Source of the DNA: Spirochaetota bacterium
GTDB taxonomy: Bacteria > Spirochaetota > UBA4802 > UBA5550
Direction: 5' to 3'
DNA length: 64,000 nucleotides
NCBI GenBank assembly: GCA_963663865.1
Contig: OY760686.1
Location: 1,664,001 to 1,728,000, forward strand
The notes beneath the pieces are model-generated. The model did not search any database. It saw nothing but the letters and a program-made list of their open reading frames with translations, and had not been told where the DNA came from. This document shows, one piece after another, positions 1 through 10,377 of the stretch. Within the stretch, counting starts at the first letter, position 1, and the number at the start of each line of letters is the position of its first letter. The position numbers and the translations under genes were made by a program.

Positions 1-1407
1 GATTGGGGAGAGCACCTCTATTTCGCTTCTGACTATTTTCAGCAGCTTTATGAATGGGCCATTAAGCTCATTAAAAAAGGCAAAGCCTATGTTTGCGACC
101 TTAATGGTGAGCAGATTCGAGAATACAGGGGAACGCTTAAGGAACCTGGCAGGGAGAGCCCCTACAGAAACAGGACCGTTGAAGAAAACCTTGATCTTTT
201 TGAAAGGATGAAAAATGGGGAATTCCCGGACGGCGCCAAGGTTCTGCGTGCTAAAATAGACATGGCATCTGGAAACATCAACATGAGAGACCCGGTCATG
301 TACAGAATTCTTCACGCCGAGCATCATCGAACCGGGAACAGCTGGTGCATATACCCAATGTATGACTTTACGCATGGTCAGTCTGATTCGATTGAAAAGA
401 TAACTCACTCAATATGCACGCTTGAGTTTGAGATACACAGGCCTTTGTATGACTGGTTTTGCGAAGAGCTTGAGATCTACCATCCTCAGCAGATTGAGTT
501 CGCAAGGCTGAATCTGACATATACGGTAATGAGCAAGAGAAAGCTGCTTCAGCTCGTAAAGGAAGGCCACGTAAACGGATGGGATGATCCCAGAATGCCG
601 ACTATCGCGGGACTAAGGCGAAGAGGATGCCCGCCGGGAGCGATTAGAGATTTCGCGGAGAAGATCGGTGTCGCAAGAGCGGACAGCACTGTCGACATGG
701 CTTTTCTTGAATTCTGCCTGCGTGAAGAGCTTAACAGGACAGCTGAAAGGATGATGGCTGTCCTCAAGCCGCTTAAGCTCATTATCGACAACTACCCGGC
801 GGACATGGAAGAGGAGGTGCTGTGCGAGAACAACCCAGAAGATCCGGCGGCAGGTGTAAGGAAGGTTGTATTTGCGCGTGAGCTGTACATAGAAGAAGAT
901 GATTTCCGAGTTGAGCCTCCGAAAAAGTTTTTCAGGCTTTTCCCGGGCGGAGAGGTGAGGCTGAAACACGGGTATATTATCAGGTGTGAATCCTTCAACA
1001 CCGATGAATCGGGGCGAGTCACGGAAGTGCACTGTACCTACGATCCAGAATCAAGAAGCGGCGGGGATAGTTCCGGCCGAAAGGTCAAGGGGACTCTTCA
1101 CTGGGTGTCAGCAAGGCATGCTGTTCCGGCTGAAGTGCGGCTTTACGACAGGCTGTTTGTTTCAGAAAACCCTGATAGTGCGGAACCCGGCAAGTCTTTT
1201 CTGGATAATATCAATCCTGAATCGCTGGTAACAATAAATGATGCTCTTGTCGAACCTCTGCTTGCTGAAGCGCCATCAGGACAGAGCTTCCAGTTCATAA
1301 GGAACGGGTATTTTTACAAGGACCCTGATTCAAGGCCTGGCAGGCCGGTGTTTAACAGAACGGTGGGCTTGAGAGATTCCTGGGCCAAAATTGAAAAGAA
1401 AGGTTAG
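1..1407 (+). CDS. glnS: Glutaminyl-tRNA synthetase (5' end outside the window)
   Basis: Frame 1 is open from base 1 ([13 protein letters not shown]...); motifs [33 protein letters not shown] and C-terminal FNRTVGL. Confidence 0.95.
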   Translation, partial: DWGEHLYFASDYFQQLYEWAIKLIKKGKAYVCDLNGEQIREYRGTLKEPGRESPYRNRTVEENLDLFERMKNGEFPDGAKVLRAKIDMASGNINMRDPVMYRILHAEHHRTGNSWCIYPMYDFTHGQSDSIEKITHSICTLEFEIHRPLYDWFCEELEIYHPQQIEFARLNLTYTVMSKRKLLQLVKEGHVNGWDDPRMPTIAGLRRRGCPPGAIRDFAEKIGVARADSTVDMAFLEFCLREELNRTAERMMAVLKPLKLIIDNYPADMEEEVLCENNPEDPAAGVRKVVFARELYIEEDDFRVEPPKKFFRLFPGGEVRLKHGYIIRCESFNTDESGRVTEVHCTYDPESRSGGDSSGRKVKGTLHWVSARHAVPAEVRLYDRLFVSENPDSAEPGKSFLDNINPESLVTINDALVEPLLAEAPSGQSFQFIRNGYFYKDPDSRPGRPVFNRTVGLRDSWAKIEKKG

Positions 1408-1416
1408 ATGTTTGAT

Positions 1417-1447
1417 AAGGCCCCAGAAGTCAGCGGGGCCTTTTTTA
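1417..1447 (+). terminator. Intrinsic terminator after glnS, possibly bidirectional
   Basis: AAGGCCCC-N10-GGGGCCTT hairpin followed by a T run, between convergent genes. Confidence 0.7.
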
Positions 1448-2251
1448 TTTGGATGCGGTCTCAAGAATTGAAATCTTCATGCCTCTTGCAGAGGACATCG
1501 CCCGCAGGACTGACAGAGGCATGTCGCTTTTCAGGTGATGATAGGCAAGCGCAATGTAGCGGCTGTGAGACTTCGGGCCCGGCCTTGTCGAGTCGACAAG
1601 GACCCATTTCCCGTCCACAAGAGCTTCCGCCCACATGTGGTATACGTAGCAGTTTTTCTCGCCCATGAATTCCGGTACAAGAATCATTCCCACTACGCCG
1701 CGGGAAGGTATTCCAAGCGAACGCAGAATAGCGATTGTCAGCACAGAGTGCTCAGTGCAGTCGCCTGTCCGGCTTCGGATGATATTGACGGCCGGCATCA
1801 TGGGCACTCCCGTCGTTTTGTCAGAGATAAGTCTGTCAACAAAGCTTTCAATCTCAGCTATGCTGCCCGATTTATTGCGGAGCTTTTGAGACAGCATCTT
1901 AACCTCCTGTGAATTGAGGTTTAGCAGGCGGGTGTTCGCAAGGTACTTCTTAATGTCAGTTTCTGCGGCGGGAGCAGGGAATAAACCAGATTTCAAGGTA
2001 ATGTGTTTCCGCTGGCCTTTAACTGCGGATGCAATTTTTTGCTGAAATGGCGTATCTGGAAGCGAAAAGGCGGACTCTGAAGAGCTGATCTCACAGGTGA
2101 TAAAGGGAGAGCTGAGGTATTCCGACTTCATGTTTTCCGCGTGGACAATAAACATGTCCGCCTGCTGAGCAATCGCATGCGGCTGAATCGCAGTAATCAG
2201 AATGGGCAGGGCAAAGAGCGCTTTACTAATAACGCCAGTGATTGATTTCAA
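1445..2251 (-). CDS. Secreted transglutaminase-like domain protein
   Basis: Signal peptide; catalytic triad motifs GDCTEH, YHMWAE and VDST. Confidence 0.8.
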   Translation of the reverse strand: MKSITGVISKALFALPILITAIQPHAIAQQADMFIVHAENMKSEYLSSPFITCEISSSESAFSLPDTPFQQKIASAVKGQRKHITLKSGLFPAPAAETDIKKYLANTRLLNLNSQEVKMLSQKLRNKSGSIAEIESFVDRLISDKTTGVPMMPAVNIIRSRTGDCTEHSVLTIAILRSLGIPSRGVVGMILVPEFMGEKNCYVYHMWAEALVDGKWVLVDSTRPGPKSHSRYIALAYHHLKSDMPLSVLRAMSSARGMKISILETASK

Positions 2252-2269
2252 GTGTGCTTTCCCTCAACT

Positions 2270-2959
2270 CTATTCAGAAATAATCATCTCAATTCTGTTG
2301 TTAAGCATAATAATCACGGCCTTCTTTACAATTCCGTTCTTATCCATATAGATGTCAATATTTTTGAATCCCTCAATTGACTGGCCGACGTGAATCAATC
2401 TCTCTTTTTTTCCGTTTATCTCGATATCTTTTTCTCCAAGAACAACAGCCTTTATTTCAACAGCTTCTTCAGGTTCGAGCGATGGGTCGTAGATTCTGGC
2501 GCTTATCTCTTTACCGGGTTTAAACCCGTGACGGATCATCTCAGCAAGAATGTAATTGCCGTCAAGGTGAAAGCCGCCTTCGATTTGAGCTGTCGCAGTA
2601 ACCCCCGCGCTTGTAACCTCTACAGTTCCGCCGTTAAAGACAGCTTTCGTGTCAATGTTCTGGATATTGCCGTTGTTTATGATTTTGTTGTTAATTTCGA
2701 TGCTGACCGGTTCGAATGATGCGGTTTCAGTAACAGTCTGAGTCATCGCGTTTGAAACAGGACCGATATTCATTTTCATCTCGGTTGTGATTTTGTATTT
2801 CCCGCCTGAAAAACTGTTTGATACCGCGGCCGTACCTATCTCGGTGCTGTTCATGATAAGCTTGTAGTTCCATTTCCCGGAGGGAATTTTCTCCGCGTGT
2901 TCCCTGCAGCCGGCGAGCATGCAGGCGGTTATTGCAAGAGTGAAGATTGTTTTTTTCAT
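2270..2959 (-). CDS. Hypothetical lipoprotein
   Basis: MKKTIFTLAITACMLAGC lipobox; start moved to the ATG at 2959, just after the thiL stop. Confidence 0.65.
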   Translation of the reverse strand: MKKTIFTLAITACMLAGCREHAEKIPSGKWNYKLIMNSTEIGTAAVSNSFSGGKYKITTEMKMNIGPVSNAMTQTVTETASFEPVSIEINNKIINNGNIQNIDTKAVFNGGTVEVTSAGVTATAQIEGGFHLDGNYILAEMIRHGFKPGKEISARIYDPSLEPEEAVEIKAVVLGEKDIEINGKKERLIHVGQSIEGFKNIDIYMDKNGIVKKAVIIMLNNRIEMIISE

Positions 2960-2963
2960 GTCA

Positions 2964-3980
2964 CTATCCTTTCCTGAAGTGGTCAAATCCCCTGGGGTTG
3001 ACCACTTCAATTTTATTTCCATCCTTGAGGAGGATATAGCCTGTTTCTGTTACGGTTCCTATTCTTGAAATTCCCTCGGCCTGAGCGTCTTTTTCATTCG
3101 AGGTGAAGAGCAGTTCATACTCCTCACCGCTGTTCAGAGCGTAGACGGCAGGATCGGCATGGATATTCCTGCAGTGTGCTGTCAGTTCAGGGAGAACCGG
3201 AATGGACTCAGCTTCGATTACAAAGCCGGTCTTAGAAGAACAACAAATATGTCCGAGGTCGGAGAGCAGACCATCAGAGATGTCAATCATTGATGTAGGC
3301 TTGAAGGTGTTGAGTATATTTTCAACCATGCCGCTCCTTACGGGAGGACAGTTATGTCTGTCCAGAAGAACCGGGTGAATCATTGGACTAAAGGCTGTTC
3401 TTTCAAGGATTACATCAAGTCCGGCCATGGATGATCCAAGTGTCCCGGTAACAAAGATGCTGTCGCCCGGACGGGCTCCGGAGCGCTTAAGAGGCGATTC
3501 TCCATTCTTTTCGCCGTAAAGAGCTATGTTTAAAACCAGCACCTCAGATTTCGACAGGTCGCCGCCGCTTATAGCGCAGCCGCAGGAGGAGGCAGCGGCT
3601 GTCATGCCTTCATAGAGTCCGAGGACGCTCTCTTCAGACATCGCCTCTGGAATGCCCAGAGACACAAACGCGAGAAGCGGGTGTCCGCCCATGGCCGATA
3701 TGTCGGAGATGTTTGAGACCATGGCTTTGTATCCGATGTCGCGGGGAGTGGACTTGCTCAGCAAAAAGTGCTGGTTCTCAATGCTGATGTCGGTGGTGAA
3801 AAGCCCGTATCGATCAGGGCCCAGCGAATACACGGCGCAGTCATCGCCGATTCCGGTGAGAAGTCCGGGAATCTCAGCTCCCCTGGAAGCAATTACTTCA
3901 ATTTTCTTTATAAGGTCCTTCTCATCCTTAACCGGATGTGAGGGACCCTGTGCTCCGGATGTCCGTCCGAATCTTTCCAT
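2964..3980 (-). CDS. thiL: Thiamine-monophosphate kinase
   Basis: GIGDDCA, NISDISAMGG, GGDL, IDISDGL and GEEYELLFT motifs. Confidence 0.92.
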   Translation of the reverse strand: MERFGRTSGAQGPSHPVKDEKDLIKKIEVIASRGAEIPGLLTGIGDDCAVYSLGPDRYGLFTTDISIENQHFLLSKSTPRDIGYKAMVSNISDISAMGGHPLLAFVSLGIPEAMSEESVLGLYEGMTAAASSCGCAISGGDLSKSEVLVLNIALYGEKNGESPLKRSGARPGDSIFVTGTLGSSMAGLDVILERTAFSPMIHPVLLDRHNCPPVRSGMVENILNTFKPTSMIDISDGLLSDLGHICCSSKTGFVIEAESIPVLPELTAHCRNIHADPAVYALNSGEEYELLFTSNEKDAQAEGISRIGTVTETGYILLKDGNKIEVVNPRGFDHFRKG

Positions 3981-3981
3981 T

Positions 3982-5418
3982 TCAGTGTGCGTACTTTTCT
4001 CCGCAGAATTTTATTCTCTGTAAAAGCCTGTCAAGGCCGATAAGCGGCAGGGCCCGGTGCAGGTCGGGGCCCTTAAGCCTTCCGGTAATGATCGCGCGGG
4101 CCGGCATGAAGAGCTTCTTCCCGGATTGACCGGAATTTTCCTTGAGCATCTCCAGAAAGTCAGTGAAGTTTTCAGCTGTAAGTGAGGCGGCTATGTCCGA
4201 AGCGGCCTTTATTACTGCGGCTGCGTAATCTTCATTCAGCATTGCGTCGGCTTCATCATCGGGCTTACAGACATCGTCCAGAAATATGCCGGCGAAAGCT
4301 TTAATGTCGGAAAGGACCTCGCAGTTGCCCTTCAGAAGCTCGGAAAGCCCGTTCAACAGCTCGGAATCTATGTTGTTTATGTCATAGCCGGCCTTCTCTA
4401 TGTATGGAGAGAAAAGAGGAGCGAGTTCGTTTCCTGAAAGCTGTTTGATATAGGCGTTGTTCATCCACTTGAGCTTCTGGAAATCAAAAATAGCCGAACT
4501 TTTGCCTAACTTGTCGAGTTCAAACTCCTTTAGCATTTCGTCGAAAGGCATAATTTCGCTTCCGGCTTCGGTTGCCCATCCGAGAGAGGTGAGATAGTTG
4601 ACCAGAGCCTGGGGCAGATATCCCTCTTCACGGTACAGATTAACCGACGTAATGCCGTGACGCTTGCTCAGCTTGGCCCGGTCGCTTCCGACGATGAGAG
4701 GCAGGTGGGCATATTCGGGCACATTGATTCCGAGGGTTCTTGCGATAAGAATCTGCTTTGGCGTATTCGACAGATGATCTTCACCCCTTACAACATGCGA
4801 GACTTCCATTAACGCGTCATCTATGACGACAATGTAGTTGTAAACGGGCACTCCGTCAGATCTTACTATAATAAAGTCTCCGCCTATGTTTCCTGAATCA
4901 AATTCAACGCTGCCCTTGAGGTGATCGTCGAATTGAATCTTCTCGTTCGGCGGGACCTGAAAGCGTACAGTCGGTTTTCTGCCTTCTGCCTCATAGGCAG
5001 CTTTCTGTTCGGCTGTCAGATGTCTGCATTTTCCGGAGTATTCGAAAGAAGTGGTTTTGCCTTCGCTGTCCTTGCGCATATCCTCAAGCTCTTCTTTTGT
5101 GCAGTAGCAGTGATAGGCCTTGCCTTCGGAAAGAAGCTTTTCCGTGTATTTAGCGTAAATATCGAATCTTTCCGATTGACGATATGGACCGAAATTGCCT
5201 CCCATGTCCGGCCCTTCAGTCCATTCGATACCCAGCCATCGGAGATCGTCCATGATTGAACGTTCAGACTCAATCGTGCTGCGTTCGAGGTCGGTGTCCT
5301 CAACCCTGAGAACAAGGTCGGCGTTGTATTTTTTGGATACTATGTAGTTAATTACAGCTGTTCTGGCATTGCCTATATGAAGGAAGCCCGTCGGGCTTGG
5401 CGCAAATCTTACTCTCAT
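3982..5418 (-). CDS. gltX: Glutamyl-tRNA synthetase
   Basis: RVRFAPSPTG.LHIGN, EDTD, RGEDH and KLSKRHG motifs. Confidence 0.95.
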   Translation of the reverse strand: MRVRFAPSPTGFLHIGNARTAVINYIVSKKYNADLVLRVEDTDLERSTIESERSIMDDLRWLGIEWTEGPDMGGNFGPYRQSERFDIYAKYTEKLLSEGKAYHCYCTKEELEDMRKDSEGKTTSFEYSGKCRHLTAEQKAAYEAEGRKPTVRFQVPPNEKIQFDDHLKGSVEFDSGNIGGDFIIVRSDGVPVYNYIVVIDDALMEVSHVVRGEDHLSNTPKQILIARTLGINVPEYAHLPLIVGSDRAKLSKRHGITSVNLYREEGYLPQALVNYLTSLGWATEAGSEIMPFDEMLKEFELDKLGKSSAIFDFQKLKWMNNAYIKQLSGNELAPLFSPYIEKAGYDINNIDSELLNGLSELLKGNCEVLSDIKAFAGIFLDDVCKPDDEADAMLNEDYAAAVIKAASDIAASLTAENFTDFLEMLKENSGQSGKKLFMPARAIITGRLKGPDLHRALPLIGLDRLLQRIKFCGEKYAH

Positions 5419-5630
5419 GTAATTCTCCTTATTAGTGTTGTATAGATTTTCCCGGTACAGCCGTGTGTCAATTAAAAAAGGTAATATACGCGGGGGCAGA
5501 AGGCCGAGTTTTTTGATCTTTTTTTGTGAAAACTGTTTGAATACGCTTTGTTATGTGTTATAGTCGAGTAACGGTTGTTTCATAATTATTAAATTTCGAA
5601 TTAAGAAAAAAGGCAAATGGGTGGTTTACT

Positions 5631-6017
5631 ATGCCGGATAGCGGAGTTGTTCTTGTAATGGATGATGAGGATTTCATTCGCGAGATTGCGGGTGAGATGC
5701 TTCTGGATGCAGGTTTAACGTATCTGGGCGCTGCCGATGGAGAAGAGGCAGTCAGACTGGTCAAGTCCTCTCTGGAAAGTCCCGAAGGTGAAAGAATTTC
5801 TATCGCCGTGCTTGATTTGACAGTGCCTACGGGCATGGGCGGCCTTGAAGCCGCCGGCATTTTAAGGGGGCTGGCTCCTGATATCAGGCTGGTGGCTTCG
5901 AGCGGATTCTGTAATGATCCGGCTATGTCCAATCCTCAGGAAAACGGCTTCGACGCGAGCATAAGGAAGCCGTACAGACAGGACGAGTTTATCGCGCTTT
6001 TAAAAAAAATGCTCTAA
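5631..6017 (+). CDS. Single-domain response regulator (receiver)
   Basis: VMDDE, LDLTVP (phospho-Asp), SSG and KPY receiver motifs. Confidence 0.85.
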   Translation: MPDSGVVLVMDDEDFIREIAGEMLLDAGLTYLGAADGEEAVRLVKSSLESPEGERISIAVLDLTVPTGMGGLEAAGILRGLAPDIRLVASSGFCNDPAMSNPQENGFDASIRKPYRQDEFIALLKKML

Positions 6018-6094
6018 CAATCGGTTCCGGCAAAGCACTGTCAGTAATCAAATAATGATTGACCTCAGTAATTCTGCTGTCATGATGTGACTGT

Positions 6095-6168
6095 TCAACA
6101 GGGGTGCCCTACGGGGCTGAGATTATACCCTTAGAACCTGATCCGGGTAATGCCGGCGAAGGGAGTTC
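6095..6168 (+). ncRNA. TPP riboswitch
   Basis: GGGGTGC...GCTGAGA...ACCCTTAGAACCTGATCCGGGTAATGCCGGCGAAGGGA matches the THI-box consensus and lies upstream of thiamine genes. Confidence 0.93.
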
Positions 6169-6238
6169 GGATATCCTTAATACATTCCCCATTCTCTCCA
6201 ACCAGCATTGCCTCCGGAATTACAAGGAGGAATAGTCC

Positions 6239-7012
6239 ATGGAACAAAAGGTCTCACTCTCAATCATCGATTCGTACTTTTCACTGTTAAAGGACAATCT
6301 TAAGGTGGATGTTGCCATCGCCGGCGGAGGGCCTTCAGGGCTGTACGCGGCATACCTGCTGGCAAAGAAAGGCATTAAGACCGCGCTTTACGAAAGGAAG
6401 CTGGCCCCCGGCGGCGGAATGTGGGGCGGAGCCATGATGTTTAACCGAATTTTTGTGCAGGAAGAAATTGCGCCTGTCTTTGACGAACTCGGTATACGCT
6501 ATGAGAAGAGCAATGGCGGGCTTGTCGCGGATTCGGTTCAGGCGACGTCGGCGCTCATATACAGGGCTGTAAGCGCGGGCGCTTCAATATTCAACTGCTA
6601 TTCAATTGAGGATGTTATTCTGAAAAAAGGAAGGGTCTCCGGAATCGTAGTCAACTGGGCCCCCGTGCACCGGGAAGGGCTTCATGTTGACCCGCTTATG
6701 ATAGAGGCAGAGGCGGTGATTGACGGCACGGGCCATCCCTGCGAGATCGCTTCCATTCTTGCGAAAAAAAACGATGTAAAGCTGTTCACGGCAACCGGCG
6801 GGATAGTTGGCGAGATGTCTCTCGATATGGATGAGGGAGAAAGGACTACAGTTGAGAATTCCGGTCCTGTTTTCCCAGGGCTGTACGTATGCGGCATGGC
6901 GGCAAACGGCGTAAAAGGCAGTTTCAGGATGGGGCCGATCTTCGGCGGGATGCTTAAGTCCGGCGCTAAGGTAGCTGAAATCATTATGGAAGAGCTCAGG
7001 AATGCTGATTGA
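6239..7012 (+). CDS. thi4: Sulfide-dependent adenosine-diphosphate thiazole synthase (Thi4 family, His-type)
   Basis: GGGPSG, GGGMWGG, GLHVDP, DGTGH and RMGPIFGGMLKSG motifs. Confidence 0.9.
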   Translation: MEQKVSLSIIDSYFSLLKDNLKVDVAIAGGGPSGLYAAYLLAKKGIKTALYERKLAPGGGMWGGAMMFNRIFVQEEIAPVFDELGIRYEKSNGGLVADSVQATSALIYRAVSAGASIFNCYSIEDVILKKGRVSGIVVNWAPVHREGLHVDPLMIEAEAVIDGTGHPCEIASILAKKNDVKLFTATGGIVGEMSLDMDEGERTTVENSGPVFPGLYVCGMAANGVKGSFRMGPIFGGMLKSGAKVAEIIMEELRNAD

Positions 7013-7631
7013 CCGCGATCTTTACATTATCATGACCAGGCCCCGTATCGGTTACTTGCCCTTCCTTGAAATCTGCATTGAGGAGGGGCTGCCTCTCGTT
7101 CAGCTGAGGGATAAGACTCTTACTGACCGTGAGCTATTTGAAACCGCCGTGAAGCTGTCAGAAGCGGCAAGAGGCACCGGGACGGCTCTGATAATCAACG
7201 ACAGGCCGGACATCGCTGCCATGTGCGGAGCGGGGGGCTTTCACCTCGGACAAGATGATGTTCCGCTGGAAGCCGTAAGGGTGAAGATTCCTGAGTGCAG
7301 AGGGCTCATCACTGGAATATCAACCCACTCGAAGGAGCAGGCCGAAGAGGCATTCAGTCTTTCACCTGACTATATCGGTTTTGGCCCTGTCTATCCGACT
7401 CCGACAAAGGAAAAACCGGATGTTCCGGTCGGAACAGACTCTGTCGCACAGATAGCAGGCTCAAGTCCATGTCCTGTGGTTTTTATAGGTGGGCTTTTTC
7501 CCGACAACATGGCGGCATTGCTTGAAAACGGCGCAAGAGTGATTTGTTCAGTGAGGTACCTCAACGAGTCCGATAATCCCGGAACGAGGATAAGGGAATT
7601 GAGGCGGATGATTCAATCGTATATTTCGTAG
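7002..7631 (+). CDS. thiE: Thiamine-phosphate synthase (copy 1)
   Basis: QLRDK, INDRPD, HLGQDD, STH and GPVYPTPTK motifs. Confidence 0.9.
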   Translation: MLIDRDLYIIMTRPRIGYLPFLEICIEEGLPLVQLRDKTLTDRELFETAVKLSEAARGTGTALIINDRPDIAAMCGAGGFHLGQDDVPLEAVRVKIPECRGLITGISTHSKEQAEEAFSLSPDYIGFGPVYPTPTKEKPDVPVGTDSVAQIAGSSPCPVVFIGGLFPDNMAALLENGARVICSVRYLNESDNPGTRIRELRRMIQSYIS

Positions 7632-8203
7632 CAGCCGTAGTCTTCTCTCTTGAGAAGACGGTTAATATCCTTGATGTTGAAGAAATCCCTGTCGAAGTCT
7701 TCTCCGAGCCAGGCAAGCACCTCTTCATATTCTTCACTCCCGGGATCTGTAAGAATATCAAGCATGTCCTCAAAACCTCCGGGGCCCCCGCAGTCTTCAG
7801 GCGGGCAGGCCCTTTCTCCGTCAAGGCATTGAGGATGTTTCAGGGGCCTGTCGTCAATTATATCGAGAAGTTCGATTTTGTGTTCCCAGCCGTCGCCGAA
7901 GTCGTAATCGTAGTGTAGAATTTCGCCTTTAGCAGTCAGAAGGCGGGAAAGGGTGATTTTCCTGTAGTCAACATACTCCAGAAGAGATTCATCATCCGGT
8001 AAAGAATAGAGGACATCTTTATGTCTGAACTGATGCAGGTGGCTGGAAGTCCAGCCCATAACCGTCTGTATGACGCGGTGCAGGTCAGGCAGCTTTATAG
8101 TTGAGGGGACAAGAAAAGTCCTCCATATTTCAGGAGTAATATCCTCAAGGGTAATTTTCAGCAGATACGCTCTTGAAGGTTTGAATTCGATAATCTCAGC
8201 CAT
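7613..8203 (-). CDS. Plasmid pRiA4b ORF-3 family protein
   Basis: IWR...LHRVIQ.VMGW..SHLHQF, YDYDFGDGWEH and GERACPPEDCGG motifs. Confidence 0.88.
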   Translation of the reverse strand: MAEIIEFKPSRAYLLKITLEDITPEIWRTFLVPSTIKLPDLHRVIQTVMGWTSSHLHQFRHKDVLYSLPDDESLLEYVDYRKITLSRLLTAKGEILHYDYDFGDGWEHKIELLDIIDDRPLKHPQCLDGERACPPEDCGGPGGFEDMLDILTDPGSEEYEEVLAWLGEDFDRDFFNIKDINRLLKREDYGCYEIYD

Positions 8204-8473
8204 TCAGGGTTCCTTATTCTTTGTTGTATGTTTTCAAAAGGATACTTGATTTTTGTCAAGACGAAATCTGCCGAATCGTCTCAGAACAGCATTTATCCTG
8301 AAACCAGATGTTAAATATTGTATGCGAATTGAAGCATAAGACGATCAGCTTAACAACAAAAGATAGCATAAAAAGCGGATGTAAACAGCTAAATATAACT
8401 AACTCGGGGAGTGAAGCGAGATGCATGCGTTCAGGAAGCGGAGCTGACTGCCTCCTGAACGTTGATGTAATAT

Positions 8474-10219
8474 TTAGCGTGGAAATCCGCCGGTTGTGCC
8501 GGATGATCCGACTGACGTTACGGATGAGGATACCGTGAAGGTCGCGGATATCTCGCCTCCAGAATACTCAATCCCGTCCAGGAGAAGGCCTTCGAAGATC
8601 GAACCGGAGGAAGCGCTCCCGCCGCTGTAGAGGCTGTATTCGGTTCCAGTGAGTATAAGTGGAGAAGATATCACAGCTGTGCTGCCCGACGCGGGGATCA
8701 CAGCGGCAAAGGCCGTATTGCCTTCCGGGTCAAGCACGGCGAGTATATCACCGGCTTTCGAACCAGAGCTGCTTACGACAAGGACATTCTGTGTGCAGGC
8801 TGAAGCTGTTGGAGTGCTTGTCGATCCTCCAATACCGATCAGAGTGCCGCCGGTTATTGAAAAGGTGTTCTGGTCGCAGTCAAAGGCGCCTTCGGGAGCT
8901 GCGGCGCCTGATGCAACGATGTAACCTCCGTTTATGGTCAGCGTGCCGTTTGAATCAATAGAGTCGTTTGCCGTACTGACCGCAAAAATACAACCTCCGT
9001 TTATGACTATGCTGGTTCCCGCGTTTATCGCGTCGTCGGCCGTGCTTATCGTGATATAGCCGCTGTTGATAACTACGCTGCTCTTGCCTTCTATTCCCTC
9101 GGGGCTGCAGCTGATCCCTTCAACCTCGTCTTCGTATGGAGTGCCTGTTGTTGTTATGTTTATTATGCCGCTGTTGATTGTCACAGTCGGGTTCGGGTCG
9201 TCGTCAGTCGTTGCAGTTGTGTAATCCTCTTCGATGTCCCATGAGGCGGTAATTCCCTTGCTCACTGAGGTTATGTTAATTGTGCCGCCGTTTATGACAA
9301 CATAGCCCTTGCCGGCTCCCCCCTCTTCATCTGTTCCGTCGACCTTGATACCTTTGCTCTCCTTGTCTTCCTTTGTCCCGGTAGCGTTTATTTTAAGGCT
9401 GCCGTCATCAAATATGAAGCCGTTTATGCATCGTACAGCGTCTCTGGCGCTAACGTCAACATTGAGCTCTCCTGAGCTGACTCTGATATGCTCCTGAGCA
9501 TATATCCCGTGTTTGTAGTTACCTGAAACAGAGATGCTGCCGCTCCCGCCGAAAATCAGCGCCCCGCCGCTGAATAGGGACGCATCATAGTCTTCAGCGG
9601 ATTCTGCCCTTGATGACTGGTCCGAAAGGCTGTTTTCAGTGCCTTCTGCTGATACAATGAAAGCTCTGGACGCAGAAGGAAGCAGCAGCGCGGCCGAGTC
9701 AGGCGAGCTTATTGAAGCGTTTGAAAGCAGAATCTGAAAGTCGGCGTTGGGGCTGCTCACAGTGACGCTTCCACTGAGTGTCCCGGAAAGGCTGTATATG
9801 ATATTTTCCGTGGTGTCTGATTCAATGGCGATGCCGTATTCATTGAGATAGACGGAAATGCTGCCCGAAACCCCGGTGTAAACCGTTGCGGTAGCAGACG
9901 TGATGTTTGTTTCTGATGGATCCGCGACTTTGACAGTCCTGTCAGTAAGATTGATGTTTACCGTGGCTGCGAAAGTGATGTTTGACAATACTTCTGCGGC
10001 TTCATAGGTCGCGGATGATTCATCGGCTACTGATACCGAGTAAGCTGAAGAGTCAACTTCAGTGTTTGCCAGAGTTGAACCGCCTCCGGAAGGCGTGTCG
10101 TTTGTGATATCTCCATCTTCGTTATCAGGCGATGTTGAATCATCTGAGCCGCATGATACAGCCAGAGCCAATAGAGCTGACGTAAGGAGAAGAGAAAGAG
10201 TTTTTTGTCCAAAAGACAT
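8474..10219 (-). CDS. Lipoprotein with a Cthe_2159-type beta-helix carbohydrate-binding domain
   Basis: LAVSC lipobox; repeated INGGTINI/DAINAG/DSIDSNG/AFDCD beta-helix coils. Confidence 0.75.
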   Translation of the reverse strand: MSFGQKTLSLLLTSALLALAVSCGSDDSTSPDNEDGDITNDTPSGGGSTLANTEVDSSAYSVSVADESSATYEAAEVLSNITFAATVNINLTDRTVKVADPSETNITSATATVYTGVSGSISVYLNEYGIAIESDTTENIIYSLSGTLSGSVTVSSPNADFQILLSNASISSPDSAALLLPSASRAFIVSAEGTENSLSDQSSRAESAEDYDASLFSGGALIFGGSGSISVSGNYKHGIYAQEHIRVSSGELNVDVSARDAVRCINGFIFDDGSLKINATGTKEDKESKGIKVDGTDEEGGAGKGYVVINGGTINITSVSKGITASWDIEEDYTTATTDDDPNPTVTINSGIINITTTGTPYEDEVEGISCSPEGIEGKSSVVINSGYITISTADDAINAGTSIVINGGCIFAVSTANDSIDSNGTLTINGGYIVASGAAAPEGAFDCDQNTFSITGGTLIGIGGSTSTPTASACTQNVLVVSSSGSKAGDILAVLDPEGNTAFAAVIPASGSTAVISSPLILTGTEYSLYSGGSASSGSIFEGLLLDGIEYSGGEISATFTVSSSVTSVGSSGTTGGFPR

Positions 10220-10377
10220 AATTATGCCCCCGTTCTTATGATGTTTGTGAAAAGGTGAGATTAGACCTGATGGAGTCAGTTTCGGTTCCGATGCTTGAAA
10301 AAATAAGGGGCGATAAAACAGGATTTATGGAGATGAATAAATAATGAACAGCCGGGAAAAGCACAAAAAATATTTTG

